DNA of 64,000 nt from an uncultured Actinomycetes bacterium (GTDB lineage: Bacteria > Actinomycetota > Thermoleophilia > UBA2241): assembly GCA_963709345.1 (NCBI GenBank), contig CAVPVX010000007.1, positions 713,447 to 777,446 of the forward strand, read 5' to 3'. Shown here piece after piece: positions 11,056 to 23,200 of the stretch. Numbering within the stretch: position 1 is the stretch's first letter; every line of letters starts with the position of its first letter. A model generated the notes under the pieces. That model was not told where the DNA came from. It saw nothing but the letters and a program-made list of their open reading frames with translations, and did not search any database. Both the position numbers and the translations under genes were made by a program.

Positions 11056-12192
11056 TCAGCCGCTCGCCGGCGCACACCAGCCCTTGGGCACGTAGGCGCA
11101 GTAGGGCTCCTCGGCCATGTAGTCGCCGGTCGCCTCGTAGGCCCGCGCGCGGCAGCCGCCGCAGACCTTCTTGTACTCGCACACGCCGCACTTGCCCTTG
11201 AGCCCGTCGAAGTCGCGCAGCTCGTTGAAGAGCGGCGAGTCGCGCCAGACCTCGGGGAACGGCTGCTCGAGCACGTTGCCGGCGACCTTGTCGAAGTAGC
11301 CGCAGCCCTGCACGTCGCCGACGTGGCTGATGAAGCAGAAGCCGATGCCGGCGAGGCAGCCGCGGCTGAGCGTGTTCATGCCGCCATGACTGTGCGGGTG
11401 CACCTCGATCTTGCGGCCCTGCGCCTTGGCGCGCTGGCGCATGACGCGCCAGTAGTGCGGCACGTCGGTCGGCTTCATGAACAGATCGCTCTCCTGCTGC
11501 GCGTCATACATCCACTCGAGCGCGCGCTCGTACTCCTCCGGCGGCAGCTCCTGCTCCTCGAGCTCCTTGCCGCGTCCGGTGGGCACCAGCATGAACGGGT
11601 GGAAGCTGACGGCGCCGAGGTCGTCGGCGAGTTGCAGGAGGGCCGGAAGGTGGTGCACGTTCAGTTTCGTGATCGTCGAGTTGATCTGCACCTCTACGCC
11701 GGCGTCGAGACACGTGCGCACTCCGCGCACGGCGCCGTCGAAGGCGCCGGGGACGCCGCGGAACTCGTCGTGCTCCGCGCCGTTCGGGAAGTCGATCGAG
11801 ATGCTGACGCGGGCGATGCCGACGTCGTGCATGCGCCGCGCGACCTCGGGAGTGATCAGGGTCCCGTTCGGCGACATCACCGTGCGCAGGCCCTTGCCGA
11901 CGGCACGCTCGGCGATGTCGAAGACGTCGGGGCGCATGAGCGGGTCGCCGCCGGTGAGGATCAGGATGGGGTTCGCGAACGAGGCGATCTGGTCGACCAG
12001 CGTGAAGGCCTGTTCGGTGGTGAGCTCGCCGGGGTACGGCCCGTGCACGGCGCTGGCGCGGCAGTGTTTGCAGGCGAGGTTGCAGCTGCGCGTGACCTCC
12101 CAGGCGATGACGCGCGGGGGCGCGCCGCCGCCCCCGGCGTCGCCGGGCTGCAGATCCGCGCCGTGAGGGTTTTCAGCATGTGGATGGTGCAA
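11056..12192 (-). CDS. ahbD: Radical SAM/SPASM heme synthase, AhbD-like
   Basis: WEVTRSCNLACKHC, PHYWRVMRQ, GCLAG, SPASM CGVCEYKKVCGGCRARA; between hemB and hemL. Confidence 0.75.
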   Translation of the reverse strand: MHHPHAENPHGADLQPGDAGGGGAPPRVIAWEVTRSCNLACKHCRASAVHGPYPGELTTEQAFTLVDQIASFANPILILTGGDPLMRPDVFDIAERAVGKGLRTVMSPNGTLITPEVARRMHDVGIARVSISIDFPNGAEHDEFRGVPGAFDGAVRGVRTCLDAGVEVQINSTITKLNVHHLPALLQLADDLGAVSFHPFMLVPTGRGKELEEQELPPEEYERALEWMYDAQQESDLFMKPTDVPHYWRVMRQRAKAQGRKIEVHPHSHGGMNTLSRGCLAGIGFCFISHVGDVQGCGYFDKVAGNVLEQPFPEVWRDSPLFNELRDFDGLKGKCGVCEYKKVCGGCRARAYEATGDYMAEEPYCAYVPKGWCAPASG

Positions 12193-12303
12193 ACCGGACT
12201 CAGTGTGCCAGAGACGTCGGGGCGGCGCAACGCGTGCCTGCCGCTCCGCCTTTCGCCCCGGCGGACCGGGCCGGACCTGCCGCTCGGCGTCCGGCCCGAG
12301 CGG

Positions 12304-13275
12304 TCACGCCAGCCAGACGGCGATGTCCTTGGCGTGGTAGGTGATGATGAGGTCCGCGCCGGCGCGCTTGATGCCGGTGACGGCCTCCATGACGGCGCGC
12401 TGCTCGTCGATCCAGCCGTTGGCCGCCGCCGCCTTGATCATCGAGTACTCGCCGCTGACGTTGTAGGCGGCGAGCGGGAACTTCGTCTCCTGCTTCACGG
12501 CGTGGATGACATCGAGGTACGGCAGCGCCGGCTTGACCATGACGATGTCGGCGCCTTCTTCGATATCGAGCAGCGCCTCGCGCACGGCCTCCTCGCCGTT
12601 GGCCGGGTCCATCTGGTAGGTCTTCCGGTCGCCGAACGCCGGCGCCGATTCGGCCGCCTCGCGGAACGGCCCGTAGAAGGCCGAGGCGAATTTGCTCGAG
12701 TACGACATGATGATCGTATCGGTGAGACCGTCGTCGTCGAGCGCGTTGCGGATCGCGGCTACGCGGCCGTCCATCATGTCGCTGGGCGCGACGATGTCGG
12801 CGCCGCTCTCGGCGTGGGTGATCGCCATCTTGGCGAGCAGCTCGAGCGTGACGTCGTTGACGATCTCGCCCTCCTGGATGACACCGCAGTGGCCGTGGTC
12901 CATGTACTCGCACAGGCAGACGTCGGTGATCACGACCAGATCGGGGAACTCGTCCTTGATGGCGCGCACCGCCATCTGGATCACACCCTCCGAGTCGTAG
13001 GCGCCGCTGGCGGCCGAGTCCTTGTGCGACGGGATGCCGAAGAGCAACACGGCGGGGATCCCAAGGCGGACGATCTCGCGCACCTCGGGCAGGAGGTTGC
13101 CGATCGAGAGCTGGAAGCAGCCGGGCATCGACGAGATCGGCGTCTTGAGATTCTCACCGGCGATCACGAACAGCGGGTAGATGAGGTCCTCGATGTGGAG
13201 CTTGGTCTCACGGACCATGGAGCGGATCGCCGGCGTGCGGCGCAGGCGCCTCATGCGGTAGCTGGGGTAGTACAT
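12304..13275 (-). CDS. hemB: Porphobilinogen synthase
   Basis: [43 protein letters not shown]. Confidence 0.97.
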   Translation of the reverse strand: MYYPSYRMRRLRRTPAIRSMVRETKLHIEDLIYPLFVIAGENLKTPISSMPGCFQLSIGNLLPEVREIVRLGIPAVLLFGIPSHKDSAASGAYDSEGVIQMAVRAIKDEFPDLVVITDVCLCEYMDHGHCGVIQEGEIVNDVTLELLAKMAITHAESGADIVAPSDMMDGRVAAIRNALDDDGLTDTIIMSYSSKFASAFYGPFREAAESAPAFGDRKTYQMDPANGEEAVREALLDIEEGADIVMVKPALPYLDVIHAVKQETKFPLAAYNVSGEYSMIKAAAANGWIDEQRAVMEAVTGIKRAGADLIITYHAKDIAVWLA

Positions 13276-13418
13276 GTGGAGGAGTCCTTTCTTCGTGCGG
13301 GCGCAAACGGGGCCCGCCTGCGCCCGCAATCTTCGCGCGCGCGGCCGGTGATGACAAGCGTGGTACGGCGCGAAGCGGCGGACAGCGCGGCGGCGGCGCC
13401 CTGCGGGCCCGCCGCGCC

Positions 13419-14696
13419 TCAGCCCGCAGGCGACGCGGCCGCCAGCTCCAGCGCCGCGCGGACCACCCTGGTGACCGACTCGCGGTCGCGGAGATGGCAG
13501 GACAGCACGGGAATCGACGCGCCGAGTCCAAGCGCCCTCGCGATCTGTTTCGGCGTCAGCTCGTCGTCGGCCATCGAGACGTAGGTGGCGACGACGAAGG
13601 GGACGTCGCCCATGCTCTTGACGAAGCTCAGGTCCGCCTTCGTGGCGCGCAGGCTGTCGGCGTCGTTGGCGTTGGCGAGGATCACCCAGGCGGAGCTCTC
13701 GCCGGCGAGACGCCGCCACGCCTGCTCCGGGCAGGACGAGGCGGCGGTGAAGACCAGCGCGTCACCGGCGGACGACCCTGCCCCGCGCTCGTCGCCGTTC
13801 TCGGCCGCGGGCAGCTGGCCGGCGACCACGGGAATCTCCATCTCTTTGTCGTCGATGAGCTCCACGCGCAGCTGCTTGACGACGTTCGAGTCGGTGAGCG
13901 TGTTCAGGAAGACCTCGTTGTAGAGGTCGATCGGTCCGCGCACGGCCACGCTGAGCCCCTTGCCGATGCCCTCGATCACCGGTTCGCTCACGGTGATGAG
14001 CCCGCTCGAGTAGAGCCCGTGGATGACCTTGGCGCCGCGAAAGCGGTCGAGGCCGGAGTCGCGCAGGACGACGTTGATGTCGGCGCGCCCGTCGATGCGC
14101 ACGACGACGCGCCACTCCTCGGCGGTCAGCCTGAGCTCGCCATCCTCCTCCACGCGGTCGCTGGTGGAGAGGTGCGGCACGCGCTCGAGCGAGCCGAGGT
14201 GCTCGAAGATGAGCGCCCACTCGTCGATGCGGCGGCAGCCCTCCATCACAACCGTCTCGACGCTCATCTCGACGAGGATGTCCTCCTGGGCGATGCTGTC
14301 GTCGACACCGAACTCGAACTCCCCGTCGGACCAGCTGAAGAAGTTGAAGGCGGCGTCCTGGATCTGCTCCCGCACCGCCTGCTCCAGCGTGGCGCGGTCG
14401 ATGCGCCCCTTCTCGAGGAGGATCCCACCGATGCGTGCGCCCTCCCCGGCCTTCTTCTGCGCGGCGAGCGCCTGCTTGAGCTGGTCGCCGGTGATCGCAC
14501 CCGCCTTGACGAGCCGCTCGCCGAGCGGCAGCTGCTGCGGCACCGAGAACGCGTAGCAGATCATCCCGTTGCGGAAGAAGATCTTGCCCCACTCGCCTTC
14601 CCGGCGGATGGTGAGCGAACCGCTCTTGGCGCTCATCTTCACGAGCTGGAAGATGTTGGGGAGACTGAACTCCTGCAGGTTGCCCTGGAGCAGCAC
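13419..14696 (-). CDS. DUF4388/PATAN-like protein with degenerate small-GTPase-like C-terminal domain
   Basis: [39 protein letters not shown]; C-term [18 protein letters not shown]. Confidence 0.75.
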   Translation of the reverse strand: MLLQGNLQEFSLPNIFQLVKMSAKSGSLTIRREGEWGKIFFRNGMICYAFSVPQQLPLGERLVKAGAITGDQLKQALAAQKKAGEGARIGGILLEKGRIDRATLEQAVREQIQDAAFNFFSWSDGEFEFGVDDSIAQEDILVEMSVETVVMEGCRRIDEWALIFEHLGSLERVPHLSTSDRVEEDGELRLTAEEWRVVVRIDGRADINVVLRDSGLDRFRGAKVIHGLYSSGLITVSEPVIEGIGKGLSVAVRGPIDLYNEVFLNTLTDSNVVKQLRVELIDDKEMEIPVVAGQLPAAENGDERGAGSSAGDALVFTAASSCPEQAWRRLAGESSAWVILANANDADSLRATKADLSFVKSMGDVPFVVATYVSMADDELTPKQIARALGLGASIPVLSCHLRDRESVTRVVRAALELAAASPAG

Positions 14697-14793
14697 GACA
14701 CGCCTTTCGTGAGGGATGACCGCGGGCGCGCGTGGATCCGCGCACGGCGCGCGTCTCGTAACCTACATCGGCAACGGCACCGACGACTTGAGG

Positions 14794-16235
14794 CTACGTC
14801 GCGGCGTCGCCGGCGGGCGCCGGGCGGGCGCCGTCGGGGCCGCGCGGCGTCACGCCGGGATCGCGGGTGGGACCCTCGGGACCGCGGTGCGAGCCGCCGA
14901 CCTCGACGGCTTCGCCGAGGGCGTCGCCCGCGGCCGGGCCGTCCGGCAGACACACCGGCGCTTCGCAGCAGCCCCCGAGCAGGCGGCTGCGCCGCAGCGC
15001 GAGTGTGGCGCCGGCGGCGGTCGCAAGAGCGGCGACGCCGCCGACCGCGACCGCCCAGCGCACGCCAAACCCGCGCACCAGCAGCCCGGTGACCGGCCCG
15101 CCGATAGGCGTGCTGCCGAGGAAGACCATCGACCAGAGCGCCATCACGCGGCCGCGCATGGCGCCCTCCGCGTTGACCTGCAGCAGCGCGTTGGTCGTGC
15201 TGACGAACAGCACGCCGGCGCCGCCGAGCAGCACCAGCAGCGCAAGGGCGAAGTAGAACCCCGGCGCCACGGCAAGCGCTACCGTGACGACGCCGAACGC
15301 GAAGGTGCTGGCCATGAGCAGACCGACGAGAAGGCTGCCCTCGGCTCGCCATGAGCAGGGCGCCGGCGAGCGCCCCGACGCCCATGGCCGCGGAGAGCGC
15401 GCCGTAGGCGCCGCCGCCGCGGCCGAACACGTCCTTGGTGAGCAGCGGGAGGATCACGGAGTAGTTGTAGGCGAGCGTGCTCACCACGGCCATCATGAGC
15501 AGCGGCACGCGCAGGGACGGCGTGCTCCACGCGTAGCGCAGCCCGGCGCGGACCTGGCCCGGCAGGCGGCGCACCGGCTTGCTGCCCTGCAGATCCCCCG
15601 TGCGCATCACCAGGAGCGCCACGATCACGGCGCCGAACGACACCGCGTTGATGAAGAAGCACGGCGACACCCCGACGCCGGCGATGAGCAGGCCGCCGAT
15701 CGCCGGCCCGACGATGCGCGACGCGTTGATGATCACCGCGTTGAGCCCCACCGCGTTGGCGAGGTCGTCGGGGCCCACCATCTCGTAGACGAAGCTCTGG
15801 CGCGAGGGCATGTCCATGGCCACGGCGGCGCCCGTCAGGCCGGCGAGCACCCAGATCATCCATACGGTAACGACGTCGGTGACCGTGAGCACGCCGAGGA
15901 TGAGTGCAAAGACCGCCGCCACGGACTGAGTGACGATGAGCAGCTTGCGCTTGTCCACGCGGTCGGCGAGCACTCCGGCCCAGGCGCCGAGCACCAGCAC
16001 CGGCCCGAACTGAAGACCGACGGTGATCCCGAGGTCGACGCCGCTGCCGGTGAGCTGGAGGACCAGCCATCCCTGGGCGACGGACTGCATCCAGGTGCCG
16101 CTCATCGACACCACCTGGCTGATGAAGAACAGCCGGTAGTTGTAGATGCGCAGGGAGCGGAAGGTGCGGCGCAGCAGAGCCGGGCCGTCGCTCCGCCGCG
16201 GCCGCCCCGGCGTCTGCCCGGCGCGTGTCGCTCAC
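14794..16235 (-). pseudogene. MFS transporter with two frameshifts
   Basis: FRSLRIYNYRLFF..SGTWMQ..GVLADRVDKRK; frame changes near 16200 and 15330; C-term MRGRVMALW in ORF 14794-15315. Confidence 0.8.
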
Positions 16236-16266
16236 CTGCCCGCAGGCGCCCGGGAGACCGGCATCG

Positions 16267-16515
16267 TCACCCGCGCCGGAGGTACACGAGGTCCGCGCGC
16301 GAGACGACCTTGATCCCCGTGCCGGACGCCGCCGCCGCCTTGCGCAACCCGAGGGCCAGCGCCTGCGGCTTGCGCCCCGGCATCTCGACCAGGACCGAGG
16401 GCAGTCCCGAGGCGACGAAGTCCGCGACCGCCTCGGCGTAGACGCCGGAGCCGCGGCCACGCCGCGGCGGCACCTCGGCGGGGACGAGCTTGTAGGGCTT
16501 CGCGGTGCGGGACAT
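16267..16515 (-). CDS. Small basic hypothetical protein (82 aa)
   Basis: GGAGG RBS, ATG 16515; MSRTAKPYKLVPAEVPPRRGRGSGVY. Confidence 0.65.
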   Translation of the reverse strand: MSRTAKPYKLVPAEVPPRRGRGSGVYAEAVADFVASGLPSVLVEMPGRKPQALALGLRKAAAASGTGIKVVSRADLVYLRRG

Positions 16516-16672
16516 GGACGGCACCTCCAGTGGGCGTCTTCCGGCCGTCGCGCGGCCATGCGACGTGCCGGTTGAGTCTACGTCAGACCGCTTGCGGGAA
16601 CAGCGTCGGGTGAGGAGACCTGCCGGGCGGGCGCGGCGGAGCGCCCGGCCCGCCCCACCGAAGGAGTCGCCG

Positions 16673-17056
16673 ATGACCCTCAAGAACGAGACGCTGGTTC
16701 CCCTCTTCGCCGAGGCGAAGGCGCTGCTGACGCCCTACGCGGAGGATTTCACGGCGCGCCGCGACGAGCCCGGGTACTACGACCTCTGGTCCGAGAAGGA
16801 CGTCGTGGTCGCCGGGCGAAAGCGCAAGGATGTCTTCTTCGCCGGGCTCGCCATCCGGAAGAGCTACGTCGGCTTCTACTTCATGCCGCTCTACGCCGAC
16901 GAAGACCTGGCGAGCGTCTTCGGCCCCGAGTTGGTGGCAACGCTCAAGGGCAAGTCGTGCTTTCACATCAAGGTGCTGACGCCCGAGCTGAAGGAGCAGA
17001 TCGCGGACGCACTCGCCGCGGGCTATCGCCTGTACGAGGAGCGCGACTGGGTGTGA
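16673..17056 (+). CDS. DUF1801-like protein
   Basis: [22 protein letters not shown]; AAGGAG RBS. Confidence 0.75.
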   Translation: MTLKNETLVPLFAEAKALLTPYAEDFTARRDEPGYYDLWSEKDVVVAGRKRKDVFFAGLAIRKSYVGFYFMPLYADEDLASVFGPELVATLKGKSCFHIKVLTPELKEQIADALAAGYRLYEERDWV

Positions 17057-17205
17057 CCGCGGCGCCGCGGACCGCTCACAGGGGGCTCCGGGCCCCGAAC
17101 CCCGGCCTTGACGCGGCGGCGCCACCGACGAACGATGAGGCGGTGAACGCGAGCGCGGCGGCGGCGCAGCCGCTCCGCCGATGCAGGAGCCCGGAAGGGG
17201 ACGCC

Positions 17206-18203
17206 ATGAAGAAGCTCATCAACCGGCCGGAGGACGTCGTCAGGGAGGAGCTCGCGGGCATCGCTCTGGCGCACGCCGGCAAGCTCCGCGTCCATACCGA
17301 TCCGCACTACATCGTGCGCGCCGACGCGCCCGTGGGGGGCAAGGTGGCGATCGTCTCGGGAGGCGGCTCCGGACACGAGCCCATGCACGGCGGCTTCGTC
17401 GGGCCGGGCATGCTCGACGCCGCCTGCCCCGGCGAAGTGTTCACGTCACCGACGCCCGACCCCATCCTGGAGGCGACGAAGGCCGTCGACGGCGGCGCCG
17501 GCGTGCTCCACATCGTCAAGAACTACACCGGCGACGTCATGAACTTCGAGATGGCCGCCGAACTGGCTGTGGCTGAGGGGATCACCGTCGAGCAGGTCGT
17601 GGTGGACGACGACGTCGCCGTTCGGGACAGCCTGTACACGGCCGGGCGGCGCGGCGTCGGGGCGACGGTGCTGGCCGAGAGGATCTGCGGAGCGGCGGCC
17701 GAGGCGGGCCGGCCCCTCGCAGAAGTGGCCGGCCTCGCGCGCACCGTCAACGCGTCCGCGCGAAGCATGGGCGTGGCCCTCACGTCGTGCACCACGCCCA
17801 TGGCCGGCAAGCCCACCTTTGAGCTCGGCGACGACGAGATCGAGTTCGGCGTCGGCATCCACGGCGAGCCGGGGCGCGAACGGCGCGCGCCGGCCCCGGC
17901 CCGCGACATCGTCGACGCGCTGGCCACGGCGATCGTCGACGATCTGCCGTTCGCGCGGGGGGACCACGTCCTGGCCTTCGTCAACGGCATGGGGGGCACG
18001 CCGCTCATGGAGTTGTACGTGGTGTTCAACGAACTGCACCGATTCCTCGAGGGGCGGGGTATCACGATCGCGCGCAGCCTCGTCGGCTCGTACATGACGG
18101 CGCTCGACATGGCCGGCTGCTCGCTCACGTTGCTGCGTCTCGACGACGAGCTCACGGCGCTCTGGGACGCGCCGGTTGACACACCGGGGCTGCGGTGGGG
18201 CGC

Positions 18204-18207
<4 letters not shown>
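17206..18207 (+). CDS. dhaK: Dihydroxyacetone kinase subunit K
   Basis: [29 protein letters not shown]. Confidence 0.96.
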
Positions 18208-18902
<695 letters not shown>

Positions 18903-18904
18903 CC

Positions 18905-21478
18905 GTGATCGGGCTCGTCCTCGTCAGCCACAGCGCGAAGCTCGCCGAGGGCGTGGCCGAGCTGGCCGCTCAGATGGCCGGCCCGGAGGTCCGGATCGCG
19001 GTCGCCGGCGGCTTGGACCAGCCCGGGCGACCCCTCGGCACCGACGCCACTCTCGTGGCGCGAGCCATCGACGAAGCGTGGTCCGATAACGGAGTGCTGG
19101 TACTCATGGATCTCGGCAGCGCAGTGCTCTCCGCCGAACTGGCGCTGGAACTGCTCCCCGGGGAGCGCCGGGACCGCGTGCTGCTCACGGAGGCGCCGCT
19201 CGTCGAGGGCGCCGTCGCCGCGGCGGTCGCCGCCGGCCTCGGCGAACCCCTGAGCGCGGTCGCCGAAGAGGCGCGCGGCGGGCTGGCGGCGAAGGCGGAG
19301 CACCTCGCTCCGGAGGCGGATCGGGACGCTGCTTCGGCGGCGACGTCGAACGCCGCCCCGGGCAGGCCGCCGACCGGCCGCGAGACCGCGGACGCTCCTG
19401 CGCCGGCCCTGCGCATCACGGTCCGTAACCGCCTCGGCCTCCATGCCAGACCGGCGGCCCTGCTGGTCCGGACGGCCGCCGGCTTCGACGCCGACATGAC
19501 TGTGGCGAACGCATCCGCGGCGCGCAGTCCCGTGAGCGCACGCAGCCTCAGCGCGGTCGCCACGCTCGGCGTCCGCCAGGGCGACGAGATCGTCGTGACG
19601 GCCTCGGGGCCGCAGGCCGGTGAGGCCCTCGTGGCCGTACGCCGGCTGGCCGACGACGCGTTTGGAGAACCGCGCGAGGCGACGCCTCCGGAGGCCGCCC
19701 CGGACCACGCGACGCCTGGTCCCCAAGCGCCGTCCGTTGCCGGGGTTGAAGGGGCTTCGCCGCCACCCCCGGGCACGGTGCTCCGCGGCCTGGCCGCCTC
19801 GCCGGGCGTGGCCGTCGGCGCGGCGAAGCTCCTTCGGCCCGCGCCCGCCACCATCGCGGACCTGCCCGCCGGAGATCCCGAGACGGAGCTGGAGGCGCTG
19901 GAGCGCGCTCTGACGGCCACCGCCGCCGATATCCGGCGAACGAGAGCGTCGCTGGCCGGCCGCGCCGGCGAACGCGACGCCGCCATCTTCGACGCTCACC
20001 TCCTCTTCCTGGAGGACGACGCGCTGCTCGCGCCCGCACGCGACGCCATCGCGCGTGGCCACCTCGCGGCGGCGCGCGCCTGGGCCGACGCCGTATCCGC
20101 GGCTGCGGCGGCTTGGTACGCGCTGGACGACCCATACCAGCGGGCGCGCGCCGCCGACCTGCGGAGCGTCGGCGAACAGGTCCTGCGCCACCTCGCGGGA
20201 GGCGCCTCCGCCGCGTCCCACGGCGACGGTATCGTCGTCGCCGCCGACTTCACGCCGGCCGAGACCGCCGCCCTCGACCGATCCGCTGTGCGCGGCATCG
20301 CCTGCGCCTTGGGGGGACCCACCGCTCACAGCGCGATACTGGCGCGGTCATTCGGAATCCCGGCAGTCGTCGGCTGCGGCGCGGAGCTCCTCGCCGTGGA
20401 GGACGGCACGCTCCTCCTGCTCGACGGCGAAGCCGGGACGGTGATCGTGGACCCGCCGGTCGACGCGGTCCGGACGGCCGAAGCCCGGCAGGCCGCCTGT
20501 GAGCGGCGGAGGGCCGGCGCACAGGCGCAGGCACACCTCCCCGCCGCCACGCGTGACGGCCTCGTCGTGCCCGTGGCGGCGAACATCGCCACAGCCGGTG
20601 ACGCCCCGGCTGCCGTCGCCGCCGGAGCCGACGGCGTCGGCCTGCTGCGCACCGAGTTCCTCTTCCTCCAGACCGGCCACCCCCCGGACGAGGACGAGCA
20701 GGAGCGGGCCTACCGCGCGGTGGCGGAGGCGCTCGCGGGCCGGCCGCTCACCATCCGCACGCTCGACGCCGGCGCCGACAAGCCACTGCCCTACCTCTCT
20801 CTCGCGCGCGAAGCCAACCCCTTCCTGGGGGTCAGGGGCCTGCGCCTCGGGCTCCGCCACCCCGAGTTCCTGCTCACCCAGCTTCGCGCGATCCTCCGCG
20901 TCGCTGCCGACCACCCCGTACGTATCATGTTCCCGATGGTCTCGACGGTGGAGGAGCTGCTGCGAGCCCGGGGACTGCTGGACGAGGCGCGGTCGTCACT
21001 CGGCGCCGGCCGTGTCGCCGCGACCGATGGCCTCGAGGTCGGCATCATGGTCGAGGTGCCGGCGGCCGCCCTGACCGCTGAGGCTTTCGCTCCGCACGTC
21101 GACTTCTTCTCGGTGGGCACGAACGACCTGACCCAGTACACGCTCGCCGCGGAGCGGGGCAACGCCGGTCTGGCGACGCTCGCCGACCCGCTGCATCCGG
21201 CTGTGCTCCGGTTGATCGACGTCACGGCGCGGGCGGGCGCGAACGGCGGCGCGTGGGTCTCGGTGTGCGGAGAGATCGCCGGAGAGCCGGCGGCGATCCC
21301 GCTGCTGCTGGGACTCGGCGTCGCCGAACTCTCGATGGCGCCGGCCCGGATCCCGCTCGCGAAGGAGGCGGTCCGAACGACGGACGCGGGCGCGGCGCGG
21401 CGGCTCGCCGGGAGCGCCCTGGCCGCCGCATCGGCCGCCGACGTTCGGCAGCTCTGCGGCGCCCCCCCGAACGACTAG
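18905..21478 (+). CDS. dhaM: DhaM EIIA-HPr-Enzyme I fusion
   Basis: IGLVLVSHS (EIIA), GLHARPA (HPr), PTAHSAILAR, GLLRTEFLF, SVGTNDLTQY, VCGE (EI). Confidence 0.92.
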   Translation: MIGLVLVSHSAKLAEGVAELAAQMAGPEVRIAVAGGLDQPGRPLGTDATLVARAIDEAWSDNGVLVLMDLGSAVLSAELALELLPGERRDRVLLTEAPLVEGAVAAAVAAGLGEPLSAVAEEARGGLAAKAEHLAPEADRDAASAATSNAAPGRPPTGRETADAPAPALRITVRNRLGLHARPAALLVRTAAGFDADMTVANASAARSPVSARSLSAVATLGVRQGDEIVVTASGPQAGEALVAVRRLADDAFGEPREATPPEAAPDHATPGPQAPSVAGVEGASPPPPGTVLRGLAASPGVAVGAAKLLRPAPATIADLPAGDPETELEALERALTATAADIRRTRASLAGRAGERDAAIFDAHLLFLEDDALLAPARDAIARGHLAAARAWADAVSAAAAAWYALDDPYQRARAADLRSVGEQVLRHLAGGASAASHGDGIVVAADFTPAETAALDRSAVRGIACALGGPTAHSAILARSFGIPAVVGCGAELLAVEDGTLLLLDGEAGTVIVDPPVDAVRTAEARQAACERRRAGAQAQAHLPAATRDGLVVPVAANIATAGDAPAAVAAGADGVGLLRTEFLFLQTGHPPDEDEQERAYRAVAEALAGRPLTIRTLDAGADKPLPYLSLAREANPFLGVRGLRLGLRHPEFLLTQLRAILRVAADHPVRIMFPMVSTVEELLRARGLLDEARSSLGAGRVAATDGLEVGIMVEVPAAALTAEAFAPHVDFFSVGTNDLTQYTLAAERGNAGLATLADPLHPAVLRLIDVTARAGANGGAWVSVCGEIAGEPAAIPLLLGLGVAELSMAPARIPLAKEAVRTTDAGAARRLAGSALAAASAADVRQLCGAPPND

Positions 21479-21533
21479 CCGCGCCGGCGCGAGTCCCGCT
21501 CACGAACCCGCACAGCAGCGACGTGCCGCTCCG

Positions 21534-23063
21534 TCACAGTCCCTTCTCGGCCGTCAGCCGCCCGGACTTCACGGCCCGGGTGAACGCCTCGTAGTCGCGC
21601 TCGTTCTGGTCCGCGTACGCGACCGAGAAGCCGGCGATCGCCCGGTCGAAGGCATCGCCTGTGCCCAGATACGCGGCGATCGCGACCCTGTCGCCCAGGC
21701 GCGCGTGCGCCCTGGCCAGGGTCGCGCCACACAGCCGCGCGTACAGCGTCAGCCCCGGAGCGCGCATCGTCTCGACATCGACGCTGCCCTTCCAGTCGTG
21801 CAGCTGGCGCACGTAGAAGTCGTGCATCCGGCCGTCCAGACCCTTGAAGCGCAGCCAGCCGAGGAAGACGTCGCTGGCCGCCTGCATCAGGCGCTGTCCC
21901 TCGACCACGCGCTGGCCGTGGTTGCGGTACTCGCTCCTGCCCACGAACCGCTCCAGAACCGAAGCCTGCGCCTCCTTCGCCTGCAGGAACAGCGGGGCCT
22001 GCTTCTGGCGCCCGCTCATGAGGAGGATCCACGCCCGCGTCCCGACGCTACCGACGCCCACGACCTTGCGCGCCGTGTCGACGTAACGGAACTCCTCGAT
22101 CGGGTGGTGTCGCTGCGCCAGCGAGTGCCGGTACGACCGGACCAGCCCGCGCATCCATTTCTCCTTGGCCTGGCGGGTCGTCCCCGGGGGAAGCAGCTCC
22201 GCGAGCGGGACGATGAGCGGCGGGTCGGCGATGATGCGCAGCTGACCATCGACCTCCCCGGTCAATCTGGAGAGCGAACGGGTGTGGACGCGCCTCCTGG
22301 CCTTGGCCAGGTCCCGCTCCGCAGCACGCGCCTCGCGCTTGCCGATGCGCCCCTCGCGCACCTCCCGGCCGATCCACGACGTGATCTCCTCGGCGGTCAG
22401 GTGCGCGTACCAGGCGTCCAGCGCGCCCATGTCCGCGGCCCGGCGCATGGCGTCGCGGTACTCGTACACGCCGCCGGTGACCACGGCTCGCCGGTCGGCG
22501 GCCGACAAGCCGAGGTGGCGACCGGCGATCTCGAAGCTGGCCGCCAGGCGCTTGACGTCCCACTCCCACGGGCCGGGGAGCGTCTCGTCGAAGTCGTTGA
22601 TGTCGAACAGCATCTGACGCTCCGGCGACGCGAAGAGGCCGAAGTTCGAGAGGTGCGCGTCGCCGCAGAGCTGCACCTCGAAGCCGGAGTCAGGCGTGCC
22701 GGCCAGGTCGGACGCCATGATCAGCGCGGCGCCGCGATAGAAGGCGAACGGAGAGACCAGCATGCGACCGTGGCGGATGGGGACGAGCTCGGGGACCCGG
22801 CCCTCCGCCTGCTGCTCGAGCAGCGCGACGGAGTCCGGCCGGCCCGGGGCCGCCGCCCAGTGCGCATGGCTCGAGCGCGGCACCGTGCGGCGCGCCGCCT
22901 TGCCCTTGGCCACCCACTCCTCGGGACTCAGCAGCACGGACTCCCGCCGTGCGGCGGGCGACGGGCCGGATCGAGTCCCGGAGCCGCGCCGGGGGGGCGC
23001 CGCCGCGCCGCCGCGCGACCCACTCACTCCCGAAGCGGCGGACTTGCCTGATCTCGCCGCCAT
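21534..23063 (-). CDS. DUF2252 family protein
   Basis: SPFAFYRGAA, CGDAHLSNFG, DINDFDE, KVVGVGSVG, LARAHAR. Confidence 0.9.
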   Translation of the reverse strand: MAARSGKSAASGVSGSRGGAAAPPRRGSGTRSGPSPAARRESVLLSPEEWVAKGKAARRTVPRSSHAHWAAAPGRPDSVALLEQQAEGRVPELVPIRHGRMLVSPFAFYRGAALIMASDLAGTPDSGFEVQLCGDAHLSNFGLFASPERQMLFDINDFDETLPGPWEWDVKRLAASFEIAGRHLGLSAADRRAVVTGGVYEYRDAMRRAADMGALDAWYAHLTAEEITSWIGREVREGRIGKREARAAERDLAKARRRVHTRSLSRLTGEVDGQLRIIADPPLIVPLAELLPPGTTRQAKEKWMRGLVRSYRHSLAQRHHPIEEFRYVDTARKVVGVGSVGTRAWILLMSGRQKQAPLFLQAKEAQASVLERFVGRSEYRNHGQRVVEGQRLMQAASDVFLGWLRFKGLDGRMHDFYVRQLHDWKGSVDVETMRAPGLTLYARLCGATLARAHARLGDRVAIAAYLGTGDAFDRAIAGFSVAYADQNERDYEAFTRAVKSGRLTAEKGL

Positions 23064-23200
23064 GGTCGCCTCCTCTCCTCGCCACGCCGGATGACCCAGT
23101 CTAGCGGCTGCCCGGCGCGCCAGATAGGGAGCGACCACCAGGGCGACGTCGGGCGACGAGCCCGGAGGAGGCCGTGCACTCCGGTCAGTCGCGCACGCCC

